64,000 bases of DNA, from the NCBI GenBank assembly GCA_023205875.1, contig CP060754.1, positions 248,001 through 312,000 on the forward strand, given 5' to 3'. The notes under the pieces are model-generated. The model made no database searches. It was given only the letters and a program-made list of their open reading frames with translations, and was not told where the DNA came from. The stretch is from Chloropicon primus (Eukaryota). Numbering within the stretch: position 1 is the stretch's first letter; every line of letters begins with the position of its first letter. A program made the position numbers and the translations under genes. Positions 29,618-40,700 of the stretch are shown here, piece by piece.

Positions 29618-29711
29618 GGCCAAGGATTATATCTCAGAATATTTGCTACTCTTGAAGCATTTTTCTTCCAAAAGATGTGTTAATGATGCCATCACCAAGA
29701 TCTCTGAGGCC
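29618..29711 (+). ncRNA. Box C/D snoRNA U24 homologue (double guide)
   Basis: GGCC/GGCC stem. Guide GAATATTTGCTACT before D' TTGA and guide CACCAAGATCT before box D CTGA 29704-07. Both are complementary to LSU AGAUCUUGGUGGUAGUAGCAAAUAUUC. Box C is degenerate (AGGATTA). Confidence 0.9.
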
Positions 29712-29755
29712 ACAACAACTGCCCGCGCCTCGCTCGTGCGCGGCTATTCTTTCAG

Positions 29756-29847
29756 GTGCGATGACGAACCCTTTATATTAGTACATGTTAGACTACCGAA
29801 AGTCTTAACTAATTGGGCTTTGTGAGTTCGAAACCAACTCTGAGCAC
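29756..29847 (+). ncRNA. Box C/D snoRNA, snR58-like (guide for C in LSU GAGUCUAAC)
   Basis: GTGC/GCAC stem, box C ATGACGA 29761-67, guide TACATGTTAGACT before D' CCGA, box D CTGA 29840-43. The guide is complementary to LSU AGUCUAACAUGUA. Confidence 0.82.
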
Positions 29848-29870
29848 ACGGAGAGCCAGCCACCGCGGGG

Positions 29871-29945
29871 GAGCTGTGATGATGATTTGTTTCGCGGAGA
29901 CTTCACGGGGTGATCCATTTTCTTGACTACAATTCTCTGATGCTC
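29871..29945 (+). ncRNA. Box C/D snoRNA, probable guide for U in 5' LSU GAAUUGUAGUC
   Basis: GAGC/GCTC stem, box C GTGATGA 29876-82, guide GACTACAATTC + T + box D CTGA 29937-40. The target is recalled from plant/algal 25S rRNA, not verified. Confidence 0.75.
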
Positions 29946-30669
29946 TCCGAGTGATCCATCCATTGATCCATCCATGACAGGGCACGTGAGGGGTGGTTTG
30001 GTTTTCTCTGACATCATCGTTCACCACCTTTCTTTCTTTCTTTTCCGTCGATCTTTTCCGTCGATCGATTGCAGGTGGTGGTTGAGGGTAGGAGAGGAGA
30101 GAGGAGGAGTCTCGAGGAGTCTCGAGGAGTGTACCAAAAATATGACCAACACGCACCACATGAACACATGCAGAAGATGCGTGCGTGTTGTGTGTACAAA
30201 AGGTGTGTACAAAAGATGAAGAAAAGAAGGGAGAGAGAGAAAAGTGGATGATGGGATGGACCGACTCTTTCATTCTTCATTGCGTCGTGTCTGTGTATTA
30301 CACATTACAGCTGTACAACAACAAACAACAAAGAGCACTAGTCGTTGAGCGCGTCACGATCTTGTCCCACCAAGATCCTCAGTCTTTTTCGGGCAAAAAC
30401 GTTTTGGGTCTTCTAAAATGGATTTTAGCAAAAAAACCATTTAGAGCGACCCTAGAGTGGATTTGTCACGTTTTTTGCCACATCGACCTGGGAGGCGGGG
30501 AGAGGGGAGCCAGAGTGCGCGCGCTTTCTGTTCTGGGTCGATCAGAGGGGAGAGAGGGTCGTCATCGTGGTCGAAGATGGTCTACCGGTAGCGGGGAGCG
30601 GTTTAGCGAGGTCGAACCTTTGTGGCTGAGAGTTAGAGAGTCTTGAGTGACGGAATTCGTGCAGGAGAG

Positions 30670-32045
30670 ATGTGGAGCAAGAGCGGATTGTGTCGCCGCA
30701 AGGTGGCGGGCTCGTCTTCCCGCGTCGAGGGTGCGAGGAGGGGCCTTGTGCGCGCGAGAGCGCTGCACAACAACAAGTACGTCTCGTCCCTCGGGCCCCA
30801 GAGGAGGCCGAAGATAAACGCGGTGTCGTACTCGGGGAACAAGGTGAGTCTCCTCTCTCTTCTTCCGGATGCGCCGCGCGCAAGCACGTGTGCATGTCGA
30901 CTCAGCATCATCATCATCATCACCCCCCACCCATGACGTCTTCCCTGAAACCAGCTGAGACACCCAGCTGAAAACTGACTCTGTGCCTCCTCGTGGCCGC
31001 GCTCCCCCGGCAGGTCAACGGCGCCGGCTCGCTCGGCTCGGCGAGCGACCTGAGCGAGAGCGAGACGCCCTCCATCGCGGGGCTCACCAACCCGTCCCTC
31101 GGCGGCCCGCTGAAGATCTTCTCGGGCAGCGTGAACGAGCCCCTCGCCCAGGAGGTGGCGAACTACCTCGGCATGGAGCTCGGGAACATCACCATCAAGA
31201 AGTTCGCGGACGGGGAGACGTACGTCCAGCTCCAGGAGTCCATCAGGGGCTGCGACGTGTTCCTCATCCAGTCCACGAGCCCGCCCACGAACGACACGCT
31301 CATGGAGCTCCTCGTCATGATCGACGCCTGCAAGCGCGCCTCCGCGAGGAACATCACGGCCGTCATCCCGTACTTCGGGTACGCCAGGGCGGACAGGAAG
31401 GCCTCCGGCAGGGAGGCCATCACGGCCAAGCTCGTCGCCAACTTGCTGACCGAGGCGGGGGCTGACAGGGTCCTCGCGCTGGACTTGCACAGCCTGCAGT
31501 GCGTCGGGTACTTCGACATCCCCGTGGACCACGTGTTCGGGCAGCCCGTCCTCCTGGAGTACCTCGCCAGCAAGGACATGGGGGACGACCTCGTGGTGGT
31601 CTCCCCGGACGTCGGGGGCGTGGCCAGGGCCCGCGCCTTCGCCAAGCTCCTGAACGACGCGCCCCTCGCCATCATTGACAAGAGAAGGGCCTCGCACAAC
31701 GTCGCGGAGGTGATGAACATCATCGGAGACGTCAAGGGCAAGATGTGCGTGATGGTGGACGACATGATCGACACCGCGGGAACGATCACCAAGGGCGCGG
31801 AGGTCCTGGTCGACCAGGGGGCCAAGGGCGTCATCGCTTGCGCGACCCACCCCGTCTTCAGCGGCCCCGCGATAGAGAGGCTGTCCAGCGGCGTGTTCGA
31901 CGAGGTCATCGTTACGAACTCCATCCCCCCGATGCACATGCGCGGGGAGTTCCCCCAGCTCACCGTCCTTTCCGTTGCCAGCCTGCTCGGCGAGTCCATC
32001 TGGAGGGTGCACAACAGCTCCTCCATCAACGCGCTCGGAATGTAA
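30670..32045 (+). CDS. PRS: Ribose-phosphate pyrophosphokinase (class I PRPP synthetase), organelle-targeted; join(30670..30843,31014..32045)
   Basis: KFADGETYV, VIPYFGYARADRK..GREAITAKLVANL, DLHS.Q, VVSPDVGGVARAR, VDDMIDTAGT. Exon 1 is R/S-rich like a transit peptide. GTGAGT..CAG intron, phase 0. Confidence 0.95.
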
Positions 32046-32207
32046 AAAGTTTGGCCGCCGCGAAATGTAATTCAATTGTATTGAAACATGTGGTTTTGGT
32101 CCGGTCCTGGGTCCGGGGAGCACTCAAGGCAGGTCCATGACGGTCGAAGAAGAAGAAGAAGGTGTCGTTTTTTTTTCTAGTCCTCCATGTACACATTAGG
32201 CCCGCTC

Positions 32208-33833
32208 TCACGGCGTCACCAGCCACCTCAAGACCCGGAGGAGCAAGGCAAAGCACGGGAGGAACACCATGGCGATGATGGAGACTTGGAGGGCCCTGTC
32301 CCTCCTCTTGATCTGCCCGGCCTCCGCGAAGGACATGTTGTGCTTCTGCAGCATCCGGATGCAGTTGGTGGAGAAGACTTGGGGCAAAAGCTTGTGGAAG
32401 ATGGAGTCCAGAATAATCGGCAGAACGAAGAACAAGAATCCGCCGTCAAAGGTCCTCGACATCTTCACCAGCGTCTCGACGTTCCTCTTGTGCCCCTCCG
32501 TGAACGCTGCGAGGGCTTTGTCCAAGCCGTCGTCCCCGGGGTTGTCCACGTGGTGAGCCTCCAGGCACGCTTTGAGCACCCCCACGTCTTCGAACGCACT
32601 GTTCACGCCCAAGCCAAAGTACGGCTTTACGGTGTGGATGCTGTCCCCCACGCAGACCGTCTTTGGCCCGTGAAGCGCATTCTTTGCGTACTGGAACAGT
32701 GGCAGCTTCTGGTCCCTCTGGGACGCAAAGTCGGTGAAAGACCGCTCCGGCACGACGTCGTAAAACTGGGGGAAGTTGGTCTTGAAGAGCTCCTTGGCCT
32801 TCTCTGCCGTGTCCGCGCCCTTGATGGCCTCGTTGTCGGGCTTGTAAAGTGTCACGCCGACGCCTTTGCCCTCCATCGTGGGCAGAACCTCCAGCGTCAC
32901 GTCCGCCCCCCCCTGCGAGTTGGCCGAGAAGTTGAGGTCCCTCTTCCACTCCCCGGGGTTCCCGCAGATGTCGTAATCCAACGGGACGGTCTTGTACACC
33001 CTGGTGTTCTTATCCGCCCAGGACTGGATCTTGAACTCAGAGAGCTTGGACTCGTCCAGGGCCCTGGCCACGACGCTGTTGAAGCCGTCGGCGCCCACAA
33101 GGAGCGAGGGCCTCACCACCTCCCCGCCCTGCAGGGTGACCTCTGGACTCCCGCTCGGCCAGGTCACCGAGTCCACCGCGACGCCGTGGGAGACTTCTAT
33201 CTCCTCGTACCTCTCGCAGTACTCCAAAAGGACTGCCGTGAGCCTGTCCCGCTGAATGCATATCGCTTGGTAAATCTCCTCTGCTATTTCCGGGCGCAGA
33301 GTGACCGTCGAGTTGCCTTGCTCGTCCCAGGTCATTCTGCCGAAGTTCTCCGCGCTGAACCTCTTGACGTCGCCGAGCGCGCCGATCGAGTCCAGGAACT
33401 TTTGGCCACGACCGCTGACCCCGAGGTTGTACGACCTCTCCGGGGCGTTGCTGTAGATCGGGTGGGACGCCACCGGAGGCGGGGGGAGGCGGTCCACAAC
33501 CTTGACCCCACTCCAACCCTGCTGCGCCAGCATTATCGCAGCAGCCAGGCCCGCAGGCCCCCCCCCGACCACGAGGGCGTTCGAGAAGGCCTTGTCGCCG
33601 CCGCCATCGGAAGCGGACGACGTCGACGCCACAGACGCCTCTCCCAAGACAGAAGATGAGGAAGTCCCCTGAGTTGTCGTCGTCGTCGTCGTCGTCCTCC
33701 TCCTCCTCCTCCCCCTCCACCGCCTGACTCCCGACGGAGCCAAGGCCTCGTGACGAGCTGACCTCGGACCGTGGCCGCAAGCCACGGCACCCCTCCTCAC
33801 CACCCACGGTTGTGGATCCATCCTCGTCGCCAT
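32208..33833 (-). CDS. FAD-dependent monooxygenase, kynurenine 3-monooxygenase-like, with transit-peptide-like N-terminus and C-terminal TMs
   Basis: VVGGGPAGL, ERSYNLGVSGRG, LLVGADGFNS, GDSIHTVKPYFGLGVNSAFEDV. First ATG at 33833. Confidence 0.8.
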   Translation of the reverse strand: MATRMDPQPWVVRRGAVACGHGPRSARHEALAPSGVRRWRGRRRRRTTTTTTTTQGTSSSSVLGEASVASTSSASDGGGDKAFSNALVVGGGPAGLAAAIMLAQQGWSGVKVVDRLPPPPVASHPIYSNAPERSYNLGVSGRGQKFLDSIGALGDVKRFSAENFGRMTWDEQGNSTVTLRPEIAEEIYQAICIQRDRLTAVLLEYCERYEEIEVSHGVAVDSVTWPSGSPEVTLQGGEVVRPSLLVGADGFNSVVARALDESKLSEFKIQSWADKNTRVYKTVPLDYDICGNPGEWKRDLNFSANSQGGADVTLEVLPTMEGKGVGVTLYKPDNEAIKGADTAEKAKELFKTNFPQFYDVVPERSFTDFASQRDQKLPLFQYAKNALHGPKTVCVGDSIHTVKPYFGLGVNSAFEDVGVLKACLEAHHVDNPGDDGLDKALAAFTEGHKRNVETLVKMSRTFDGGFLFFVLPIILDSIFHKLLPQVFSTNCIRMLQKHNMSFAEAGQIKRRDRALQVSIIAMVFLPCFALLLRVLRWLVTP

Positions 33834-33890
33834 TCTCCCGCGATCGTACGAGAAGTGGAAGGCGCGGATAAGATCTCCTCCGAAGAGACT

Positions 33891-34832
33891 ATGGCTATGG
33901 AGCTGGGAAAGACCCTCCCTGGGGCCAGGAGGCGCGGGGTCCGGGCGTGTTGCGGGAGGAGCGGCGAGGCCACTCGCGCGGGTCGAGGGGGACCGGGCCA
34001 AGTGGGTCTTGGGCGAAGGGGCAACGGCCTGCGAAGTGATGCGAGGAGGAGGAGGGGGTTGAAAAGTGCAAAAGCTGCCGTGGCTTGGCTTCCAGACTGC
34101 CCGGCTCAGGTGGTCGGCGCGGTCAATTTGTGAGTCGTGGCTTTCGCCCCTTACCTTTCCCACCCATCTTTGACACACTGACGAGGACGACGCGCTGCGT
34201 TCTTCGTGCTCGCTTCTTCTTTCCCCGCAGGTATGCCGGGGCTCTCCTCGTGCTGCTCCTGAGCACGTCCGTGCTGCGCTGGTCCAGGGTCACCGTGAGG
34301 CGCTTGAAGTGAGTGCCGAGGTCGAGGAGATCAAAGCGTGGTTGCCCTGGAGAAGGAATCTCGGACTGACACGAAAAACCTCTTGCTCGTTTACTACAAT
34401 TTTTCCCCTTGCTTGCAAAGGGCGGAGATACTCCTGCTGCCGATTTGCCTCGCCTACCTGTTCTTGCTGTACTCGTCTTGGAGACCAGACACGATACAGA
34501 TTCTGTTCCCAGGCAGCCTGGAGGCTGGTCTGACCAGCAAGAGGTTCAACCCCCAGTTCTTCCCCACTTTGCCAGGAATAGCTCACCTCTTCTCGAGGTG
34601 CGAGATCACAGCCTCTAGCATGTGGCTTCATCTGCTGGCGGTGAACCTTTTCGCGGCCGTGCAGATTTGCCTCGACGGCATCAGGAAGAACATTTTCACG
34701 TTGCACTCCGTCGCGCTGTGCGCTTTCTCCGGAATTCTCGGCTTCTTCAGCCATTACCTCACGACGTTGATCCACCAGCGGGACGGAAGAATAACCAAAA
34801 AAGGCGATGGCTCCATCGTCTACAAGTTCTGA
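33891..34832 (+). CDS. ABA4-like / DUF4281 membrane protein, plastid-type; join(33891..34129,34231..34308,34421..34832)
   Basis: Two GTGAGT introns with CTGAC branch sites splice in frame. LAYLFLLYSSW.PDT, P.L.GIA.LF and WLHLLAVNLF....I.LDG.....TLHSVALC...G..G..SH.LT fit the ABA4/DUF4281 pattern. Basic transit-like exon 1. Confidence 0.8.
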
Positions 34833-34887
34833 CAAGTTCTGACAAGTTTTGTGTAGTGTAGTGTACCAACAAGAACTAGGAGTGCGC

Positions 34888-36060
34888 CTACTCCGGGTCC
34901 CCGTAGATCTTGAGCCTGTACAAGCACGTGTAACTCTCGCTCCCGTGGTTGGAGTTCACCTGCAGCCTCAACTGCGAGACGACCAGGTCGTCCGCGCTCT
35001 CCCCCCCTTGGAGGACGGGGAACGTCTGCACGGGGGTGCTCTCGATGTCGTAAGAAAACGATGCCAGCTTTCTGGGCTCAAACCCGTCTTGGTCCCCCCT
35101 CAGAGAGTACAGCGCCATGTCCTTTGGCGCTGTGGTGATGTTGAAGGCTGAGACTCTGGGTATGTGCTCCACAGAGAAAGATTTCAAGCGGATCGCCCTC
35201 CGGAGCTTCACGTCCACGTACCCCGTGCTTCCGTTCAGCGGCAAGCAGTGGCCAGGCAATTCGATCCCATTGCTCGGAGCGGAAAGGAGCCACACGCTCG
35301 CTTTCGGGTGCACCGGAAACGCCTTCTTCACGGCCGAAGCCACGAGGCTCGGAATGCCTTGGACGTACGGCAGCGAGAACAAAAACCAGTCCCCGTCCCT
35401 GCTCGGCAGCAGCCAGGGGTCCCCTCGCCTCGGGTAGAGATCCGAGTGGCCCACCACGCGGCCGTTTGCTTCGTAGGAGGCATAGTCCGGATCGGTCCAA
35501 GCGGTGTCTGATTGGTCTGCTTTCCCACCCCTGTGAGCTGTCTGCACCTCCGTGAGGAGAACCTCCAGCTTCTTCAACCTCTGCTCTGCTTCTCCCTGCA
35601 ATAGCCCGATGCTCTGCTGGTGATGCGTGAGGACCCCGGCATCCGACTCGAGCTTGCTCAGCCTCCGCTCGAATCGCGCTAGACTGGCCCCGAACTGGTT
35701 GGGGTCGTCGTGGACTCTCGGTTGAAACCGTGGCACGACCGAGACAGACAGGTACACGGACACCGCTATGCTCAGGACGAGACACGCGATTGTGCTCGGC
35801 GACACCGCGCTTCCGGTTCTCTGGCTCTGCACCGGTCCCTCCAGGAAGTCTTCCCCGTCATCCGGGAGGGGGTCTGCCGCAGCAGTTCTAGGAACAGGAG
35901 TGAAAGGCTTCGCTGGAGACCGAGATCGAGGAGGGGGTGAAGGTGTTCTCGGTTCTTCCAAGGCGTCACGCTTCGCGCCTCGCCTCGTCGCCTTCCTTCT
36001 CGCGGGCGGGGACGCATCCCGCACTCCTCCCGTTGCTCGTCTCCTCGTTCCAACCGCCAT
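34888..36060 (-). CDS. C-terminal SUN-domain nuclear envelope protein (SUN1/2 type)
   Basis: Basic N-terminus, one TM, coiled coil, then DYAS....GRVVGHS, PGHCLPLNGSTGYVDVKL, EHIP....ITTAPKD, SNHG..YTCLYRLKIYG. Confidence 0.9.
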   Translation of the reverse strand: MAVGTRRRATGGVRDASPPARRKATRRGAKRDALEEPRTPSPPPRSRSPAKPFTPVPRTAAADPLPDDGEDFLEGPVQSQRTGSAVSPSTIACLVLSIAVSVYLSVSVVPRFQPRVHDDPNQFGASLARFERRLSKLESDAGVLTHHQQSIGLLQGEAEQRLKKLEVLLTEVQTAHRGGKADQSDTAWTDPDYASYEANGRVVGHSDLYPRRGDPWLLPSRDGDWFLFSLPYVQGIPSLVASAVKKAFPVHPKASVWLLSAPSNGIELPGHCLPLNGSTGYVDVKLRRAIRLKSFSVEHIPRVSAFNITTAPKDMALYSLRGDQDGFEPRKLASFSYDIESTPVQTFPVLQGGESADDLVVSQLRLQVNSNHGSESYTCLYRLKIYGDPE

Positions 36061-36243
36061 TCGCTCCAACGCAACTGTTTCTTCTGCTTTTCAAAAATCC
36101 ACCTCCGTCCACCTCCGTCCAACTCCGTGGTGGGGTGGGGAGGAGGAGGGATGGGGGGACGGGCCCGTGAGCGGTGGGGGACCCGGCCCAGCTGGGCCCT
36201 CTGCGGGAAACTTGCTTTACAAAAATCTGCTTTACTTTTCAAC

Positions 36244-37440
36244 TCAGTCATCCACCCTCTCCAGCGCTTTGCTATCCATGGCAAGGCCCATTGTGTTCAG
36301 GCCGTTGTCCACGTAGATGCAGGACCCAGTGATCGCGGAAGCCAGCGGGGAGCACAGGAATGCCGCCACGTTCGCAACCTCTTCTGCGGCAAGCTCCTTC
36401 TCGATTGGAGCGTTGGCCATGGAGTAGTTGATCATGTCGTCGATGAATCCGATAGCTCTCGCGGCCCTGGACCCGAGGGGACCAGCAGAGATGGTGTTGA
36501 CCCTAACCCCGTACTTCCTTCCGGCCTCAAATGCGAGCACCTGCGTGTCAGACTCCAGGGCGGCCTTGGCGGAAGACATTCCTCCGCCGTACCCTGGGAT
36601 GACCCTCTCGCTGGCAAGGTAAGTCAGCGAGACGGCCGCGCCGCCCTTGTTCATCAGGGGACCAAAGTGCTGCATCATCGAGATGAAGGAGTACGACGAG
36701 GCTGAGAGCGCCGCGAGGTAGCCGTGCCTTGAGGTCTCCAGCAGGGGCTTCTGGACCTCTGGACCGTTCGCGAGCGAGTGGATGACGATGTCCACGTTCC
36801 CGTAGTCCTCCTTGACGCGCTTGGCCACCCCCGCGACGGAGAAGTCGCCGTCCGCGGCCTCGTACCTCTTGTTCGTCCTGACCTCCTCGGGAACGTCAGC
36901 CAGCGTGTCGAAGACGGCGTCCATCGGGTACACGTGCTTGAATTCCATCTTGCTTCCATCGGACAACATCGCGTTCTCGTCGAATTTCCCCCTCCTGTAG
37001 CTCGTCTCAAAGATCTTCAGGGCCGGCACCCACGTCCCGAGGATGATCTCGCAGCCGGCCTCCGCGAGAGCCTTGCTGATGGCCCAACCAAAGCCCTTGT
37101 CGTCCGCAACCCCAGCAACAAAAGCCTTCTTTCCTCTGAGATCTATTCCAAGAACACGCTGCACCTCGGACACTGTGGACGTAACCTGCGACGAGGACGC
37201 GGACAAGTTCCTCCTCGCACCCTTAGCGCCACCCGCAGAGGCGCCCGCGCCCGCCAGGCTCCCCGCCCCCACGCAAGAGAGAGAAACCTTTCCTGGACCG
37301 CTCCTGACTGGAGCCCCAACGCTCGCGGCTCTCACCGCCGTCGAGCACGTCGTGCGCACCCTCGAACCATACCTCGTCGCAAGGACTACCTTCGCTCCAG
37401 CCCTCGCGCAACTCCTCTGCATCATCACTCCCTCTACCAT
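36244..37440 (-). CDS. ENR: Plastid enoyl-[ACP] reductase (FabI/ENR)
   Basis: [71 protein letters not shown]. Transit-peptide-like N-terminus. Confidence 0.96.
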   Translation of the reverse strand: MVEGVMMQRSCARAGAKVVLATRYGSRVRTTCSTAVRAASVGAPVRSGPGKVSLSCVGAGSLAGAGASAGGAKGARRNLSASSSQVTSTVSEVQRVLGIDLRGKKAFVAGVADDKGFGWAISKALAEAGCEIILGTWVPALKIFETSYRRGKFDENAMLSDGSKMEFKHVYPMDAVFDTLADVPEEVRTNKRYEAADGDFSVAGVAKRVKEDYGNVDIVIHSLANGPEVQKPLLETSRHGYLAALSASSYSFISMMQHFGPLMNKGGAAVSLTYLASERVIPGYGGGMSSAKAALESDTQVLAFEAGRKYGVRVNTISAGPLGSRAARAIGFIDDMINYSMANAPIEKELAAEEVANVAAFLCSPLASAITGSCIYVDNGLNTMGLAMDSKALERVDD

Positions 37441-37735
37441 GCTCTCTCCCCTCGGTTCTCCAACGCCCCCCTCGTTGCGAGAGTCCCGTCCTTTCTCGTT
37501 CCTGAGCGGTCACCTCTCGTCTTATCCGTCCTTGAAAACGGCTTTTGTGGACGAGTCGAGTGAGGGTGGACGGTACCTGTCACCGGACTAGGCCTCAAGG
37601 GCTTTCCATCGGGAACCCCCAATCGACTCGTGTTTTTGTAGGGTGGGGAACCGGAGGAGGGAGTGCGTGATAACACGAGGATGGCTTTCGCCTGAGAGTC
37701 CTCGCTCGCAAGCGGCGCGCTGTGGGGGAGGGGGC

Positions 37736-40700
37736 ATGGCGGCCTCGAGGAGGGTGAGAGGGTCGGGGGGGGGGCGTTTGGGGGTCGGGGGGGGCGGGGC
37801 GCTGGGACGGCAGAGGGTGGGGAGGGGAGGTCGGCAGAAGAAGGGGTGGAAGGATTCTGGCGTTTGCGCGAGCCGAGACGGGGGGGATCTCGCGACGACA
37901 TCCACGCCAGCCTCAACCGGCTTGGCCAGGCTCAAGACCCCGATCTGGAAGAGGTTTCTGGGGCGTCGAAACGACCTGAGAGGCCTGGAGAACACCGTGC
38001 GAACCATCAACGACCTCGAGGACGGCATGAAGCTGCTGTCGAACGCGGAGCTTCGGGCGAAGACCGAGGAGTTCAAGCAGAGGCTGGAGGAGGGGGAGGG
38101 GCTCGATTCGATATTGCCGGAAGCTTTTGCGGTGGTCCGCGAGGCATCCAGCCGGGTTTTGGGGCTGCGCCACTTCGACGTCCAACTCCTGGGCGGGATG
38201 GTCCTGCACAAGGGCGAGATCGCCGAGATGCAGACGGGGGAAGGCAAAACGCTCGTGTCGACGCTGCCGGCCTACCTGAACGCCCTCGGTGGGAAGGGCG
38301 TCCAAGTCGTGACGGTGAACGATTATTTGGCGAGGAGGGACGCGGAGTGGATGGGCCAGCTCCACAGGTTTCTCGGGCTGAGCGTGGACGTGATTCAGGG
38401 CGACTCCACGCAGAGCGAGAGGAAGAGAGCGTACGGCGCGGACATCACTTACGTCACCAACTCGGAGCTCGGTTTCGACTACCTCAGGGATAACATGGTC
38501 TTGGACGCGAGCGAGCTCGTTCTCCAGAGGGAGTTGAACTTCGCGATCATCGACGAGGTGGACTCCGTCCTGATCGACGAGGGAAGGAACCCCTTGCTCA
38601 TCAGCTACACTCCTGAAAGGGAGGACGGGCTGTATCACGAGGCCAGCAGGATCGCCTCTTTGCTGGTGAGGGAGGAGCACTTCACCTCCGACGCGAAGGA
38701 GAAGACTGTGGAGCTCACGGAGGGCGGGATGGAGGCGGTGGAGGCACTCCTTGGGGTTGAGCAGCTCTGGGAAGGTGGCTCAGAGTGGGGCCGGTACATC
38801 TTGGATGCCCTAAAGGCGAAGGAGCACTTTCACCGGGATGTGCACTACATCGTGAGAGACAACCAAATCCAGATCATCGACGAGTTCACGGGGAGGGTCA
38901 AGCCACGGTCCAGGTGGAGCGATGGAATACACCAAGCCGTGGAAGCAAAAGAAGGTTTAGAGGTGCAAGGGGACCAGATGGTGGCGGCTTCCATTACGTA
39001 CCAGTGCTTCTTCAAAATGTACAACAAGCTCTCTGGAATGACTGGGACTGCGGCAACGGAGTCCGAGGAATTCTGGGAAACCTACGGCCTCCGCGTGGTT
39101 CCTATTCCGACCAACAAGTATTGCATCAGAGAGGACACGCCTAGCCTCATCTATCCCTCGGAGGGGTCGAAGTGGGAGGGGGTGGCGAACGAGGTCGCAG
39201 AGCGTCACTCGATAGGCCAGCCTGTTTTGGTCGGGACAACGTCCGTGGGGCACTCCGAGCTCCTGTCGAGGTGGCTGAGCGGTGTTGGAATTCCGCACAG
39301 CCTGCTGAACGCCAAGCCCGCGAATGCGGCCCAAGAAGCCGAGATCATCTCCCAAGCAGGAAGGTTTGGGGCTGTCACAATCTCGACAAACATGGCTGGA
39401 AGGGGAACGGACATTCTTTTGGGGGGGAATCCCTACGAGATGGTAAGGATCGTTCTGCTTCAGAATCTTTGCTCCGCCCTCATGAAGAGCGAAACTTGCC
39501 CCGATTTCTCTGGGCTCTCGGAGATCATAAACATAGAAATTCCTCCGGAGCTCCTGGGGCTGATGGCCCGCGCAAAGGCCTCTGCGATGTCAGAGTGCGG
39601 CCCATCACTGACCCTGAACGAGGTCGAGCAGCTCGTGATCGAGCTCTGCAACTTTGCGAGGCAGATCCTGGGTGGTGGCGAGGAGCAGAGCTTGGCCTTG
39701 GTAGAGTCCAAGAATTTTTCTGCCTTGGAAAGCCTCCTTGGGACAATGGAGCTTCCCGCCTCCCAACAATCGCTTCCCACCACAGCCTTGCAGAAGTTCG
39801 CAAACGCAGCAGTGTTCCTCTACAGCTATTGCGGCGAAGTTTGCAGCAGGGAAGGTGATCTTGTCCGGGAGTTGGGCGGCCTGCATGTTGTGGGAACGCA
39901 GCTGCACGACTCGAGGCGCATCGACAACCAGTTGAGGGGCAGGGCAGGGAGGCAGGGCGACCCCGGCTCAACTATATTCATTTTGAGTTTGCAGGACGAT
40001 CTCCTGAAGATCCACGGCGGGGACAAGACCGCGTCTTTGATGACGGCTATTCTCGACGAAACGACTGGAGTCACCAGCCGCCTGCTGGACTCGCAGCTGC
40101 TCACTCTGCAGCGCAGCGTCGAAGAGTGGTACACGGGGATAAGGAAGCAGGTCTACAAGTACGACCAGTTTCTCGACATCCAACGGAACCAGATCTATAG
40201 GCTGAGGAAGCACATATTGACCTCCAGTGCGGACGAGCTGATGCACTTGATTTTTACCTACATCCGAGCGGACGTGGCGGAGGCCGTGGAGAGGAACGTC
40301 GCGGGTCACCCCAAGCAGTGGGACATCTCAAAAGTTTGCGAGGACGTGGAGAGGTCGCTGAACGAGGAGGGGATCCTCCAGCCGCAGTGTCCTGCTGCGA
40401 TCCAAAGGGATCTGTCTTCTGGGAGCTGGAAGCGGACAAAAGAGCACAGGTTTCCGACCACGGGCAGTTACCTTTTTGCGTACCAGGCCGCCGCCCAAAA
40501 GCTGGAGCTGGGAAGGGTCGAGGCGGCGGGGGAACGCAGGAAGCGGTCTCCCGTCAGCCAGAAGTGGAGCCCCGAGGCGAACTTCGTAGTCAACGAGCTG
40601 ACGGAGCGCGTCCTCACGGAGTACTTCCTTCAAGTGCGGAGCGCGGCGACCTCCAGGAGGGGCATGTCGGACATCCTGAGCGATCAGAGGTACCTCATGC

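Noticed and set aside
30069..30646. Short ORFs downstream of the snoRNA cluster
   Set aside because: They are low-complexity, repeat-derived translations, more consistent with a non-coding terminal exon and the PRS promoter.
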